64,000 bases of DNA from a virus, in IMG/VR virus record IMGVR_UViG_3300044643_000612, positions 20,338 to 84,337 of that record; one strand, 5' to 3'. The position numbers and the translations under genes are program-made. Under the pieces are notes generated by a model, which ran no database searches, was not told the origin of the DNA, and saw nothing but the letters and a program-made list of their open reading frames with translations. Below, piece by piece: positions 1 to 8,636 of this stretch (position 1 is its first letter; every line of letters begins with the position of its first letter).

Positions 1-2
1 GG

Positions 3-788
3 AACAGTGTCCTAGTCGTCAAGTATAGCCCGGCAGGGGTATTTCAATGGTCCCGAAACGTGGACCTAATACCGGCCGAAGGCTTGACGCTTGATGCGTC
101 GGAAAACGTTTACGTCCTCACATACATACCGGGCGGGCTTCTGAAGTTAAACAGCGCCGGAACCCTGCAATGGAGCGTGCAACGTTCAGGCGGGACGGCA
201 CCCAATCAAGTCCAAAAAATAGCCGTAGCTTCTAGTGGCGAGACATATGTTGTCGGCAGCCACCCGAGCGGCAGCGGTGCCTGTGCGCTCTGGGCTATTG
301 ATGCAAGCGGCGCGGCGCGGTGGTCGCGCGGCTTGGGGACGGATAGCAGCGTTTGGTTTGGTGTTGTGTTGTCAGGCTCAAGCGTCTTCTGCCTTGGCGC
401 GACCACACAAGCCGGCGCGGGCGGTGCCGACATTCTTTTGGCAGAATACGACACCAGCGGCGCGCTCAAGTCGCAAAGGACCATCGGTAGCGCGGGCAAC
501 GATTACGGTTATGCAATCGCAGATGCTGACATCAACTCGCTAGCGATTTTTGGCTCTACGGCGCTAGGCGCAGGCAGTGGCGACGTGTTCATCGGTCGCG
601 TTCCCAAGAGTGGTCTGCCCGGCGGGCAGGTGGGGCCTTACACACTCGCGGCGGCAAACTTAACGGCCCAAAACCTGACCACCACTTTTGCAAGTGCATC
701 GCCTGCGACGCAGCCGCTCGGCTCTGATGCCGCGTCAAGCCTGAGCCTAACGTCAACAGTTTTGACCACAGCCATATATCCGCTCTGA
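3..788 (+). CDS. Beta-propeller repeat protein, probable tail/receptor-binding protein (5' truncated)
   Basis: Frame is open from base 3. Repeated xxKxxxxGxxQW / D-x-SGxxYVxG blades resemble SBBP-like propeller repeats. Lies upstream of the lysis and tail genes. Confidence 0.55.
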   Translation, partial: NSVLVVKYSPAGVFQWSRNVDLIPAEGLTLDASENVYVLTYIPGGLLKLNSAGTLQWSVQRSGGTAPNQVQKIAVASSGETYVVGSHPSGSGACALWAIDASGAARWSRGLGTDSSVWFGVVLSGSSVFCLGATTQAGAGGADILLAEYDTSGALKSQRTIGSAGNDYGYAIADADINSLAIFGSTALGAGSGDVFIGRVPKSGLPGGQVGPYTLAAANLTAQNLTTTFASASPATQPLGSDAASSLSLTSTVLTTAIYPL

Positions 789-795
789 GGACCGC

Positions 796-1227
796 ATGAC
801 CCTCTACCAACGCAAGACCCTTCCCGACACGCTCATGGGCGACCCGGCCCCGCTTCCCGCCGCTCTGGTGGGCCTTGCGGACGCCAGCCTTGCCGACCTG
901 ACCGCCGCTCTCGGCGTGGCGGCGAGCGAACTCGGCTTCGACGGGCAGGGGTTCTTTCCCTTCACGCCTGAACCGCCCCCGCCTGCCCCGGTGGATGAAC
1001 TGAACAAGGTGGACTTCCTGCGGCTGTTCACCCAGGCCGAGCGCATCGCCATCCGGCAGGCGGCGACGGCCTATCCCACCATTGCCGATTACCAAGCCAT
1101 GCTCGACGCGGCGTCGCTGGTTCGGCTGTCCGATCCTGACATGCAGGCGGGGGTGCCGATGCTGGAGTTTGGCGGGCTGCTCGGCGTGGGCCGGGCGGCG
1201 CAGATCCTTTCCGGAGTGCGTCCATGA
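796..1227 (+). CDS. Tail-fibre-associated / chaperone-like hypothetical protein
   Basis: SD GAGGA before ATG. C-terminal FLRLFTQAERIAIR...GRAAQIL segment is typical of small proteins following phage tail fibres. Confidence 0.45.
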   Translation: MTLYQRKTLPDTLMGDPAPLPAALVGLADASLADLTAALGVAASELGFDGQGFFPFTPEPPPPAPVDELNKVDFLRLFTQAERIAIRQAATAYPTIADYQAMLDAASLVRLSDPDMQAGVPMLEFGGLLGVGRAAQILSGVRP

Positions 1228-1532
1228 TCGAGCATCCGCAGGAAGAAGCGACCATCCCCGGCCGTCCGATCCTGTCCTATTTCCGGCGGCTGTTCGTGTC
1301 GGCGGATCAACTGCTGAACGTCATCCTCGGCGGACACGAGGACGAGACCATCTCCTCCCGCATCGCCAAGGACCGCAGGCGTGGGCGCAAGTTCGCCTGC
1401 ATCCTCTGCCGGGTGCTGGACTGGCTCGACCCGCACCATTGCGAGAAGGCCCTTGAGAAGGACGAGGGCAAGCGCCCCGGCCAGTACGACCCCCCTCGTA
1501 AAGATTACCCGCCTCGGAGCGATTGGAGTTAA
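1224..1532 (+). CDS. Conserved phage hypothetical protein (DETISSR motif)
   Basis: DQLLNVILGGHEDETISSR...LCRVLDWLDPHHC motif. ATGA overlap with the upstream gene. Confidence 0.6.
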   Translation: MIEHPQEEATIPGRPILSYFRRLFVSADQLLNVILGGHEDETISSRIAKDRRRGRKFACILCRVLDWLDPHHCEKALEKDEGKRPGQYDPPRKDYPPRSDWS

Positions 1533-1537
1533 CCGTT

Positions 1538-1771
1538 ATGCAGTGGGACGCCATCCTACAAATCTTCGCCGGATTCGTCATGGCCCTCGGTGGGTGGTTC
1601 ATGCGCGAGTTGTGGGGTGCCGTGAAAGAGTTGCGCACAGACCTCGCCGCCTTGCGCGCCGACCTTCCCAAAGAGTATGTGTCCAAGAACGACTACCAGC
1701 AGGACATCGGTCGCATCCACGTGCTTCTCGACAAGATTTACGACAAGCTGGACACGAAGGCCCCCCTGTAA
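1538..1771 (+). CDS. Small membrane protein, holin/antiholin-like
   Basis: N-terminal hydrophobic helix followed by a coiled coil (LPKEYVSKNDY...LDKIYDKLD). Located in the lysis region. Confidence 0.5.
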   Translation: MQWDAILQIFAGFVMALGGWFMRELWGAVKELRTDLAALRADLPKEYVSKNDYQQDIGRIHVLLDKIYDKLDTKAPL

Positions 1772-1789
1772 CAGCCGCAAGGAGCACCT

Positions 1790-2941
1790 GTGGCCATCCC
1801 TTCGATCACACGCGAAGCCGCCGAGGATTTGATCTCGGCTATCGAGGACATCATGGGCGAGGGGTATCCGTACCCCGGCGTCGCAGGAGATCACGTCAAC
1901 CCCGGCGCGGTTCACATCTATGCCCAGCGGGAGGTGGTTCCCGCCATGACCATCCGCTCCCGACTGAAGCGCATCAAGGAACTCTACGGCATCGAACCCA
2001 ACCAGAGCGCCTACCGCCCGGCCAAGGCGAAGCCCATCTTCACTGTAGACAGCCTGCCAGACGACGGCGAGCCCGAAGCCGCGGACCTCATCGCCAAGCT
2101 GGCCGAGCAACACCGCAAGCGCAGCGAACACCACCAGGCCGCCAAGCTGCGCCAAGTCCGGGTCCACATGGATGGCCCGATCGCCATTGCAGGCTTCGGA
2201 GATCCGCACATCGACGACCCCGGCTGCGCTTGGGGCGACCTCGAACGGGACGTTCGCATCTGCCGCGACACGCCGGGCATTATGGCGGTGAACATCGGGG
2301 ACAGCACAAACAACTGGGTCGGGCGCCTCATGCGGTTGTATGCCGACCAAGAGGTCACGTCGAAGCAGGCCCTGAAGCTGATCGAATGGCTCATGACGGC
2401 GCTGCCCTGGCTGCTGGACAAGGAGGGCAATCACGACCTCTGGAACACGGAGAAGGGCGACCCTGCCGAGGTCATTCACCGGCTCATGAAGCTGCCCGGC
2501 ATCCGCGAGATGGGCTCATCCCGCTTGCGCCTTGCCCTGCCATCCGGGGCTGAGGTGCTGATGCACGTTCGCCATGACTTCCCCGGCGGCTCGCAATTCA
2601 ACCCGGCCCATGCCCTCGTCCGCGAGACCCTGTTCGGCTTCCGAGACCACATTCTGATGTGCGGGCACCGGCACTCGTCGGGCTATATCCCGGTCTTCCA
2701 CAACGACCCGCGCCGGCTCTGCCACGGCTTCCGCCTCGGGACCTACAAGGACTTCGACCACTACGCTGCCGAGAAGGGCTTTCAGGATACGAACTGGGCT
2801 CGCAGCATGGGTGCCGTCATCAACCCCGATCACGCCGACGACCCGACCCGGTTCATCAAGCCGTTCTTCAACCTGGAGGAGATGGCGGAGTATCTGACTT
2901 GGCGTCGAGGCAAGTGGGAACTAGGAAAGAGCGCAGCATGA
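1790..2941 (+). CDS. Calcineurin-like metallophosphoesterase
   Basis: Motifs GDPH, GDSTNN, GNHD, RHDF and GHRH in the canonical order. SD AAGGAG before GTG. Confidence 0.85.
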   Translation: MAIPSITREAAEDLISAIEDIMGEGYPYPGVAGDHVNPGAVHIYAQREVVPAMTIRSRLKRIKELYGIEPNQSAYRPAKAKPIFTVDSLPDDGEPEAADLIAKLAEQHRKRSEHHQAAKLRQVRVHMDGPIAIAGFGDPHIDDPGCAWGDLERDVRICRDTPGIMAVNIGDSTNNWVGRLMRLYADQEVTSKQALKLIEWLMTALPWLLDKEGNHDLWNTEKGDPAEVIHRLMKLPGIREMGSSRLRLALPSGAEVLMHVRHDFPGGSQFNPAHALVRETLFGFRDHILMCGHRHSSGYIPVFHNDPRRLCHGFRLGTYKDFDHYAAEKGFQDTNWARSMGAVINPDHADDPTRFIKPFFNLEEMAEYLTWRRGKWELGKSAA

Positions 2942-3471
2942 TCAACCCCCTCGCTTTCATCGCACTTGCGGCGATCCCTCTCTACCGTTGGGCTGACCGG
3001 CGCGTTGGGTCTGGCGGCGCTAACGTCCTCGGCCCTCTGGGTGGACGGAGCGTCGGCTTCCTCGGCGGCGCGCTCCTCGGGGCAGCCATCGGCTATGTCG
3101 CCGTGGGCCTGTGGGGTGCCCTCCTCGGCCCCTTCTGGGCACTCTACCGCTCGTTGGACTTTAAGCGCGGCGCCTTGACACCCATCGACGGCAGGGAACG
3201 TGTAAACGCAGTCCTCCGCCACGCGCTCGCCCTGCTGATCGCCGTGCCGATCTTCTTCCTCGGCGGCTCTTGGATTACCGCCCTCGTGGTCATGGCCGTC
3301 TACGCTGTGGTGGCCTCTCTGCTGGCGTTCGACCTCGGCGACCGGCTGATCGCCTGCAACCGCGACGGCGGCGCTTGGAACGACGAGTGGAACAATGAGG
3401 CCGAGCGCAGCCGAGGCACAGCCTACGGCGTAGCCTTTGCGGTCCTGTGCCTTTGGGGTGCGCTATGGTAA
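2938..3471 (+). CDS. Multi-pass membrane protein
   Basis: ATGA overlap at 2938. Several hydrophobic segments. Confidence 0.6.
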   Translation: MINPLAFIALAAIPLYRWADRRVGSGGANVLGPLGGRSVGFLGGALLGAAIGYVAVGLWGALLGPFWALYRSLDFKRGALTPIDGRERVNAVLRHALALLIAVPIFFLGGSWITALVVMAVYAVVASLLAFDLGDRLIACNRDGGAWNDEWNNEAERSRGTAYGVAFAVLCLWGALW

Positions 3472-3722
3472 TCAAAGAGGTCCAGTGGTTCTGGCGTCGT
3501 CTGTTCACTTTCCTGTTCGCCGGCATCAACACCGCCACCGTCGGATGGATCGTCCTCAAGGTCGACGAGCCCGATGCCCTGAAGTGGATCGGGCTGGGCC
3601 TGATCGCCGCCAACATCCTGCTCGCCTTCGTCTACATGGCCGGGGCGACGTTGGTCGATCTCACGCGGATCAAGACCGAGGCCATCAAGACGGCGGAAGA
3701 GGTCAAGGAGATCATCACATGA
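3465..3722 (+). CDS. Putative holin (2 TM)
   Basis: Two hydrophobic helices and a charged C-terminal tail. Directly upstream of the spanins and endolysin. Confidence 0.6.
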   Translation: MVIKEVQWFWRRLFTFLFAGINTATVGWIVLKVDEPDALKWIGLGLIAANILLAFVYMAGATLVDLTRIKTEAIKTAEEVKEIIT

Positions 3723-4087
3723 TGCAGATCAACCGCTACCTGCTCGCCTTCTGCGCCATCCTCGTCGCCTTCGGCCTCATCCTCGCGGGCTACTACAAGG
3801 TGATGTTCGACATCCAGCGTAAGCGCGCCGAGGCCGCAGCCGCCGAGATCAAAGCCACGCGCCAGGCTCTTGAAGCCGCCAACGTCTACACCGAGAAAAC
3901 CGTCATCATTCGGGAGAAGGGCAATGCAGCCACCCAGCGGATATACAAAGCGCCGAACGCGGACAGTCCTGTGCCTGACGGCGTGCTGTCTGCTTGGCGC
4001 GACGGCATTGGCCGGCTGCGCGACGACAGCGCCGAGCCAGCCGATCCCGCAGGCGTTCAAGGAGCCGTGCAAGGGGCCGGAGGATAA
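3719..4087 (+). CDS. Rz-like inner-membrane spanin
   Basis: N-terminal TM followed by an Ala-rich coiled coil. Overlaps a lipoprotein ORF in another frame. Confidence 0.7.
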   Translation: MMQINRYLLAFCAILVAFGLILAGYYKVMFDIQRKRAEAAAAEIKATRQALEAANVYTEKTVIIREKGNAATQRIYKAPNADSPVPDGVLSAWRDGIGRLRDDSAEPADPAGVQGAVQGAGG

Positions 4088-4223
4088 CGTCAAGACCATC
4101 GCCGACCTCGCCGCCTTCTCCGTGCAGCAAGAGGTCGCGCTACAGGACTGCGAGGCCAAGCGGGTCGGCCTCCTGTCGCTGATCGACAAGCCCGCGAAGA
4201 AGCCCTGGTGGAGGTTCTGGTGA
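3924..4223 (+). CDS. Rz1-like outer-membrane lipoprotein spanin
   Basis: Lipobox LAG-C and Pro-rich mature part. Partly overlaps the i-spanin gene in a different frame. Confidence 0.7.
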   Translation: MQPPSGYTKRRTRTVLCLTACCLLGATALAGCATTAPSQPIPQAFKEPCKGPEDNVKTIADLAAFSVQQEVALQDCEAKRVGLLSLIDKPAKKPWWRFW

Positions 4224-4717
4224 CTGGACCGCTTTGGTACCGCGTAGCTGGGAAGCAGATCGGCGTGAAGGAGATCCCCGGCGCCAAGTCCAATCCGACG
4301 ATCATGTCGTGGGCCAAGGCCCTCGGCGCGAAACTCGGCATCGCCTACACGAATGATGACACACCCTGGTGCGGCGTGTTCGTCGGCTACTGCGTGCAGG
4401 CCGCGGGCTTCAAGCCCCCGCCCATAGCCGTGCGCGCCAAGGCGTGGGCGACGTGGGGTGAGCCGCTCATCACCCCGACGCTCGGCTGCGTCCTCGTGTT
4501 CGAGCGCCCGGGCGGCGGGCACGTCGGCTTCTACGCCGGCGAGACGACCACCGCCTACCGCGTGCTCGGAGGCAACCAGTCGAACAGCGTCAACTACGCC
4601 TGGCTGGCGAAGGACCGCTGCATCGCCATGCGCTGGCCGGACAACAGCGCCCCCATCGTGCCTACGCGCGTCGTGGGGTTCACCGAGCCGAAGCAGGTCT
4701 CAACCGACGAGGCTTGA
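4220..4717 (+). CDS. Endolysin, TIGR02594-type (CHAP/NlpC-P60-like peptidase)
   Basis: DDTPWCGVFV, GHVGF and VLGGNQ motifs. SD GGAGG before GTG at 4220. Confidence 0.85.
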   Translation: MTGPLWYRVAGKQIGVKEIPGAKSNPTIMSWAKALGAKLGIAYTNDDTPWCGVFVGYCVQAAGFKPPPIAVRAKAWATWGEPLITPTLGCVLVFERPGGGHVGFYAGETTTAYRVLGGNQSNSVNYAWLAKDRCIAMRWPDNSAPIVPTRVVGFTEPKQVSTDEA

Positions 4718-4804
4718 CCCCTCGCGCTGATAGGCTATGCTCCTGTTCTCACGCTTCGGCGTGGGTGGCGTCCTCGACAACCCTCACGGCTTCGGGCGTG
4801 GGGC

Positions 4805-4839
4805 GCAGGGCCGGGGGAAACCTCGGCCCTTGCTTTTTG
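4805..4839 (+). terminator. Intrinsic terminator after the lysis module
   Basis: AGGGCCGGGG-GAAA-CCTCGGCCCT stem-loop followed by TGCTTTTT. Confidence 0.7.
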
Positions 4840-5205
4840 TGGCGGTGCGGGGCATAGTCCCCTTGTTGGACGGTTTACACCAACTCTCTTTTCTACCGGA
4901 TCGCCACAATCCACCCTCCCGCCCACGGCTAGCGCAGGCCAAGTGCCGGGAGATACGCCACCGACACGCAGAAGGTCGGGGTTCTACAACTCAGGGGCCG
5001 GGGGAAACCTCGGCCTCAGCCATTTGTGGCCCACCTAGCTGATCCACAACCTCCTCACACACTCCCTGCGTCACCTAGGTGGCCCATAACCGTATGCCCT
5101 TCCCCTGCGCTTTCCTTCTCCGGGCTGCCGTGATACACTCTTCGGACTGACGGTCGAGGCCCAAAAAAGGGCTGCGGCGTCCATCAGCCCCCGACACGGT
5201 GCTTC

Positions 5206-5859
5206 ATGGCGACGACGACCACCTTCACGACCCTCAAGGCCGATGTGCAGCGATACCTGGAGCGCGGATCCACGCTCGGTAACGACCCGGTAATCATCGA
5301 GCAGCTTCCCCGCCTCATCAACCTGGCCGAGCGGCGCATCGCCCGCGAACTCAAGGTGCAGGGCTTCATCAACGTCGTCACCGGCACCCTGACGCCCAGC
5401 CAGTCCGTCTACGCCAAGCCCGACCGCTGGCGCGACACCGTGTCGATCAACATCGGCACCGGACCCGGCAACAGCACCCGCAAGCAGGTGTTCTCCAGGG
5501 CCTACGAGTATGTCCGGCAGTACTGGCCCAACGAGGGCACAACGGGCGAGCCCGTGTTCTACGCAGACTACAACTCCAGCAACTGGTTGTTCGCGCCGTC
5601 GCCCGACGCCGCCTACCCGTTTGAGATCCTCTACTACGAGTTGCCGCCCCTGCTCGACGACGTGGTGCAGAGCAACTGGCTCACCGAGTACGCGCCCCAA
5701 CTGCTGCTCTACGGCACGCTGCTGGAGGCGACCCCCTTCCTCAAGAACGACGAGCGCATCCCGGTTTGGCAAAGCATGTACGACCGTGCTGCCGCCATGC
5801 TCAACGGCGAAGACCTCGCCAAGGTGCTCGACCGCAACTCTGCCCGCAAGGAGGCATAG
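5206..5859 (+). CDS. Head-tail adaptor / tail tubular protein A-like
   Basis: LINLAERRIARELK...NWLTEYAPQLLLYGTLLEA...KNDER pattern typical of podovirus adaptors. First gene of the tail module. Confidence 0.65.
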   Translation: MATTTTFTTLKADVQRYLERGSTLGNDPVIIEQLPRLINLAERRIARELKVQGFINVVTGTLTPSQSVYAKPDRWRDTVSINIGTGPGNSTRKQVFSRAYEYVRQYWPNEGTTGEPVFYADYNSSNWLFAPSPDAAYPFEILYYELPPLLDDVVQSNWLTEYAPQLLLYGTLLEATPFLKNDERIPVWQSMYDRAAAMLNGEDLAKVLDRNSARKEA

Positions 5860-7545
5860 GTGTCCTACACCGAAGTGTTTGGAGGCACGACCCTCTACCC
5901 GTCGAGCGTCTCGTACCTCGCTCTCTCGTTGACGGCAGACACCACACTGGAGTGGCCGCTTGAGGCCAACACGGCCACCCCGGTAGCCGCGTCGATCATC
6001 GACGTGACGCCAACCGGCGCGTTCGCCATCACCATGCCCGACGCCACGCTCACCGCCCCGGGCCAGACGACTCTGTTCAACAACCTCGGCCCCTCGACCG
6101 TGTTGGTCAAGAACGCCAGCGGCGGAACGATCCTGTCCATGCTGGCTGGAACCCAGTGGAGCGTGTACCTTGCCAGCAACACCACCGCCGCCGGAACTTG
6201 GCGCACGTTCCAGTCCGGAGCCAGCACCGCTCAGGCCCAAGCCTCCGCTCTCGCCGGATTCGGCCTCCTCGCCACCGGCTCAACCCTGTCTGTCGCAGAG
6301 CCTGTCACTGGCTTCAACACCGACATCACGCTCCCTGCGGGCGCTCGCGGAGCGGCTTATCTTTGGTCGGGTGGTCTCGGAACCGTAAGCCTGATCTCAG
6401 CCAGCACTCTGGGCAACAACTGGTTCGTTGACATTCGCAACGGCGGGTCGGGCAACCTGACCGTAGACCCTTCCTCTTCGGAACTGATCAACGGCGCCAC
6501 GACGCTCGTGCTGACGCCGGGCGATAGCTGTCGCGTCGTGACCGACGGAGTGGCTTGGTACACCTTCGGCCTTGGGCGCAGCGCGGTCTTTGCGTTCGAC
6601 TACACGACCATCAGCATGACCGGCCAGACCTCGCCCTACACCCTGAGCGGCAGCGAACTGAACCGGGTGGCCTACAAGTTCACCGGCGTCCTGACGGCGA
6701 ACATGGAGGTCGTGGTCCCGTCCACGACGCAGCAGTACTGGGTGGACAACTCGACCACCGGCGGATCGTTCACCCTTGGTCTGCGCACGGTGTCGCAATC
6801 ACCCGCGATTAACGTGGTGCGCGGCTCACGGGCCATCGTCTACAGCGACGGGTCCAACGTCGTTGACGCCGACACGAGCAACGTCGCCCTGCCCATCGGC
6901 ATCGCGGACGGCGGCACGGGCGCCACGACGGCTTCCGGCGCGCGCACGGCGCTCGGTGTGGCGGCGTCTGGGGCCAATGGCGACATTACCTCGCTGAACG
7001 GCCTGACGACGCCTCTGGCTATCGCCTACGGCGGCACAGGTGCCACGACCTCCGGTGCGGCGCTGGCGGCTCTCGGCGCGATTGGGTTGGCCAACGCCAA
7101 CACGTTCACGGCTCGCCAGACGATGAGCGGCTCGGCGACAGACGTCGGGATCAAGTTGACAAACGCCATTGAGGCGGTGACTCTCAGCGCCACGGCGGCA
7201 ACCGGCACCATCAACTACAACGCGCTGACCCAGTCGAACCTCTGGTACACGACCAACGCCTCCGGCAACTGGACCCTCAACATTCGCGGTGACGGGTCCA
7301 CCTCGCTAAACACGCTGCTGGCTGTGGGCGAGAGCATCACTGTCGTGTTCCAAGTGACGAACGGCGCCACAGCCTACTACCAGACCGCCTTCCAGGTCGA
7401 CGGCAACGCGGTCACTCCGACATGGCAGGGCGGCGCGGCTCCGGCGGCGGGCAACGCCAATTCGGTGGACGCCTACGCCTTCTCCGTCATCAAGACCGGC
7501 GTAGCGACCTTCGCGGTCCGGGCCAGCGTCTCGCGGTTCGCCTGA
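5860..7545 (+). CDS. Tail fibre protein
   Basis: Thr/Gly/Ala-rich beta protein with two IAxGGTGATT...AxxALG repeats. Confidence 0.75.
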   Translation: MSYTEVFGGTTLYPSSVSYLALSLTADTTLEWPLEANTATPVAASIIDVTPTGAFAITMPDATLTAPGQTTLFNNLGPSTVLVKNASGGTILSMLAGTQWSVYLASNTTAAGTWRTFQSGASTAQAQASALAGFGLLATGSTLSVAEPVTGFNTDITLPAGARGAAYLWSGGLGTVSLISASTLGNNWFVDIRNGGSGNLTVDPSSSELINGATTLVLTPGDSCRVVTDGVAWYTFGLGRSAVFAFDYTTISMTGQTSPYTLSGSELNRVAYKFTGVLTANMEVVVPSTTQQYWVDNSTTGGSFTLGLRTVSQSPAINVVRGSRAIVYSDGSNVVDADTSNVALPIGIADGGTGATTASGARTALGVAASGANGDITSLNGLTTPLAIAYGGTGATTSGAALAALGAIGLANANTFTARQTMSGSATDVGIKLTNAIEAVTLSATAATGTINYNALTQSNLWYTTNASGNWTLNIRGDGSTSLNTLLAVGESITVVFQVTNGATAYYQTAFQVDGNAVTPTWQGGAAPAAGNANSVDAYAFSVIKTGVATFAVRASVSRFA

Positions 7546-8378
7546 TGCCTTTGGCCACTACCTTCGCTAACGCCTCGGCGCGCGCTTACGGGCTGTTTGG
7601 TAGGAGTGGGCCGGAAAGTGTTTTTGACCTGCTTGTCGTAGGGGGCGGCGCAGGCGGGGGCGCGGGAAACTACTCCACTTTCGCCGCAGGTGGTGGCGCG
7701 GGCGGCGCGGATGTAGGCACCGCTAGTGGGCTCCTTTTCGCTGTGGGCTCGTACACCGTAACAATTAGCGGCGGCGGCGCGGGAGGAAGTGGCGGTACTG
7801 GGAACAACGGCTCCGCTGGGGGGACTACATCGGTCGGCATGTACTCCGCCGTTGGTCCGTCTTCGGGAGGCGGCGGCGCTCCGGGCTCCACGGGCGGGAA
7901 CGGGGGAGTGAACGGCTCCGGTTTCTCAGGGGGTTCTGGCGCGGTGAGTTCCGGCCCGGGTTCGGGTACGGGCGGCGGCGGCGGCGGACGCGGCTACACA
8001 GGCGCTGCGGGGAACGCAAGCAACGCTACGTCCACCGGCGGTGCTGGCGGCGCAGGGGCAACCTCGGCCATAAGCGGTACGTCTCTCGGCTACGGCGGCG
8101 GCGGTGGCGGCGGTTTCTCGTCGATGGGGACGCCGGGAGCAGGGGCCGATGGCGGGGGCAGTGGTGGTGCGGATGGCACAGCTAATAGAGGGGGAGGCGG
8201 CGGTGGCGCGGGAAGCGGCGGCGGTCTGGGCTCAGGCGGCCATGCGGGCGGCTCAGGCGTTGCCGTCGTTCGCTATCCGACGGGCGCGTTTACCTGCACA
8301 GGCGGAACGGTTACGACCAGCGGCATATATACCATCCACACCTTCACAGGCTCCGGTACTTTCGAGAGGATTGCCTGA
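7545..8378 (+). CDS. Glycine-rich tail fibre/accessory protein
   Basis: TGATG coupling. LVVGGGAGGG...ANRGGGGGG...GGSGVAVVRY...YTIHTFTGSGTF glycine-rich domain. Confidence 0.75.
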   Translation: MPLATTFANASARAYGLFGRSGPESVFDLLVVGGGAGGGAGNYSTFAAGGGAGGADVGTASGLLFAVGSYTVTISGGGAGGSGGTGNNGSAGGTTSVGMYSAVGPSSGGGGAPGSTGGNGGVNGSGFSGGSGAVSSGPGSGTGGGGGGRGYTGAAGNASNATSTGGAGGAGATSAISGTSLGYGGGGGGGFSSMGTPGAGADGGGSGGADGTANRGGGGGGAGSGGGLGSGGHAGGSGVAVVRYPTGAFTCTGGTVTTSGIYTIHTFTGSGTFERIA

Positions 8379-8632
8379 TGGCCCATTTTGCTGAACTCGA
8401 CCAAAACAACATCGTCCTCCGCGTCATCGTCGTGAACAACAGCGACATCATGGTCAATGGCCAGGAGAGCGAGGCCAAGGGCATTGCCTTCTGCCAGTCT
8501 CTGCTCGGCGCTGACACGCGGTGGGTCCAGACTAGCTATAACGGCAAGTTCCGGGGTTGCTACGCAGGCATAGGGTACACCTACACTTCTGCGGCGGACA
8601 TTTTCGTCCCACCTCAAAACACGGGGGCCTGA
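8378..8632 (+). CDS. Conserved small protein accompanying glycine-rich tail proteins
   Basis: MAHFAELD..NIVLRVIVV...WVQTSYN..FR..YAGIGYTY motif. Confidence 0.7.
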   Translation: MAHFAELDQNNIVLRVIVVNNSDIMVNGQESEAKGIAFCQSLLGADTRWVQTSYNGKFRGCYAGIGYTYTSAADIFVPPQNTGA

Positions 8633-8636
8633 TCGG

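Noticed and set aside
1381-2553. Long alternative-frame or antisense ORFs (for example 1381..2553, 5071..6240, 24970..26172, 27346..28554, 49432..50604)
   Set aside because: They overlap well-supported genes, lack motifs, and are the expected by-product of high GC3 codon bias, unlike the motif-bearing HNH frame at 43153-43896.
4720-5205. tRNA gene
   Set aside because: No cloverleaf with D and T-loop consensus could be built. Only tetraloop hairpins are seen.
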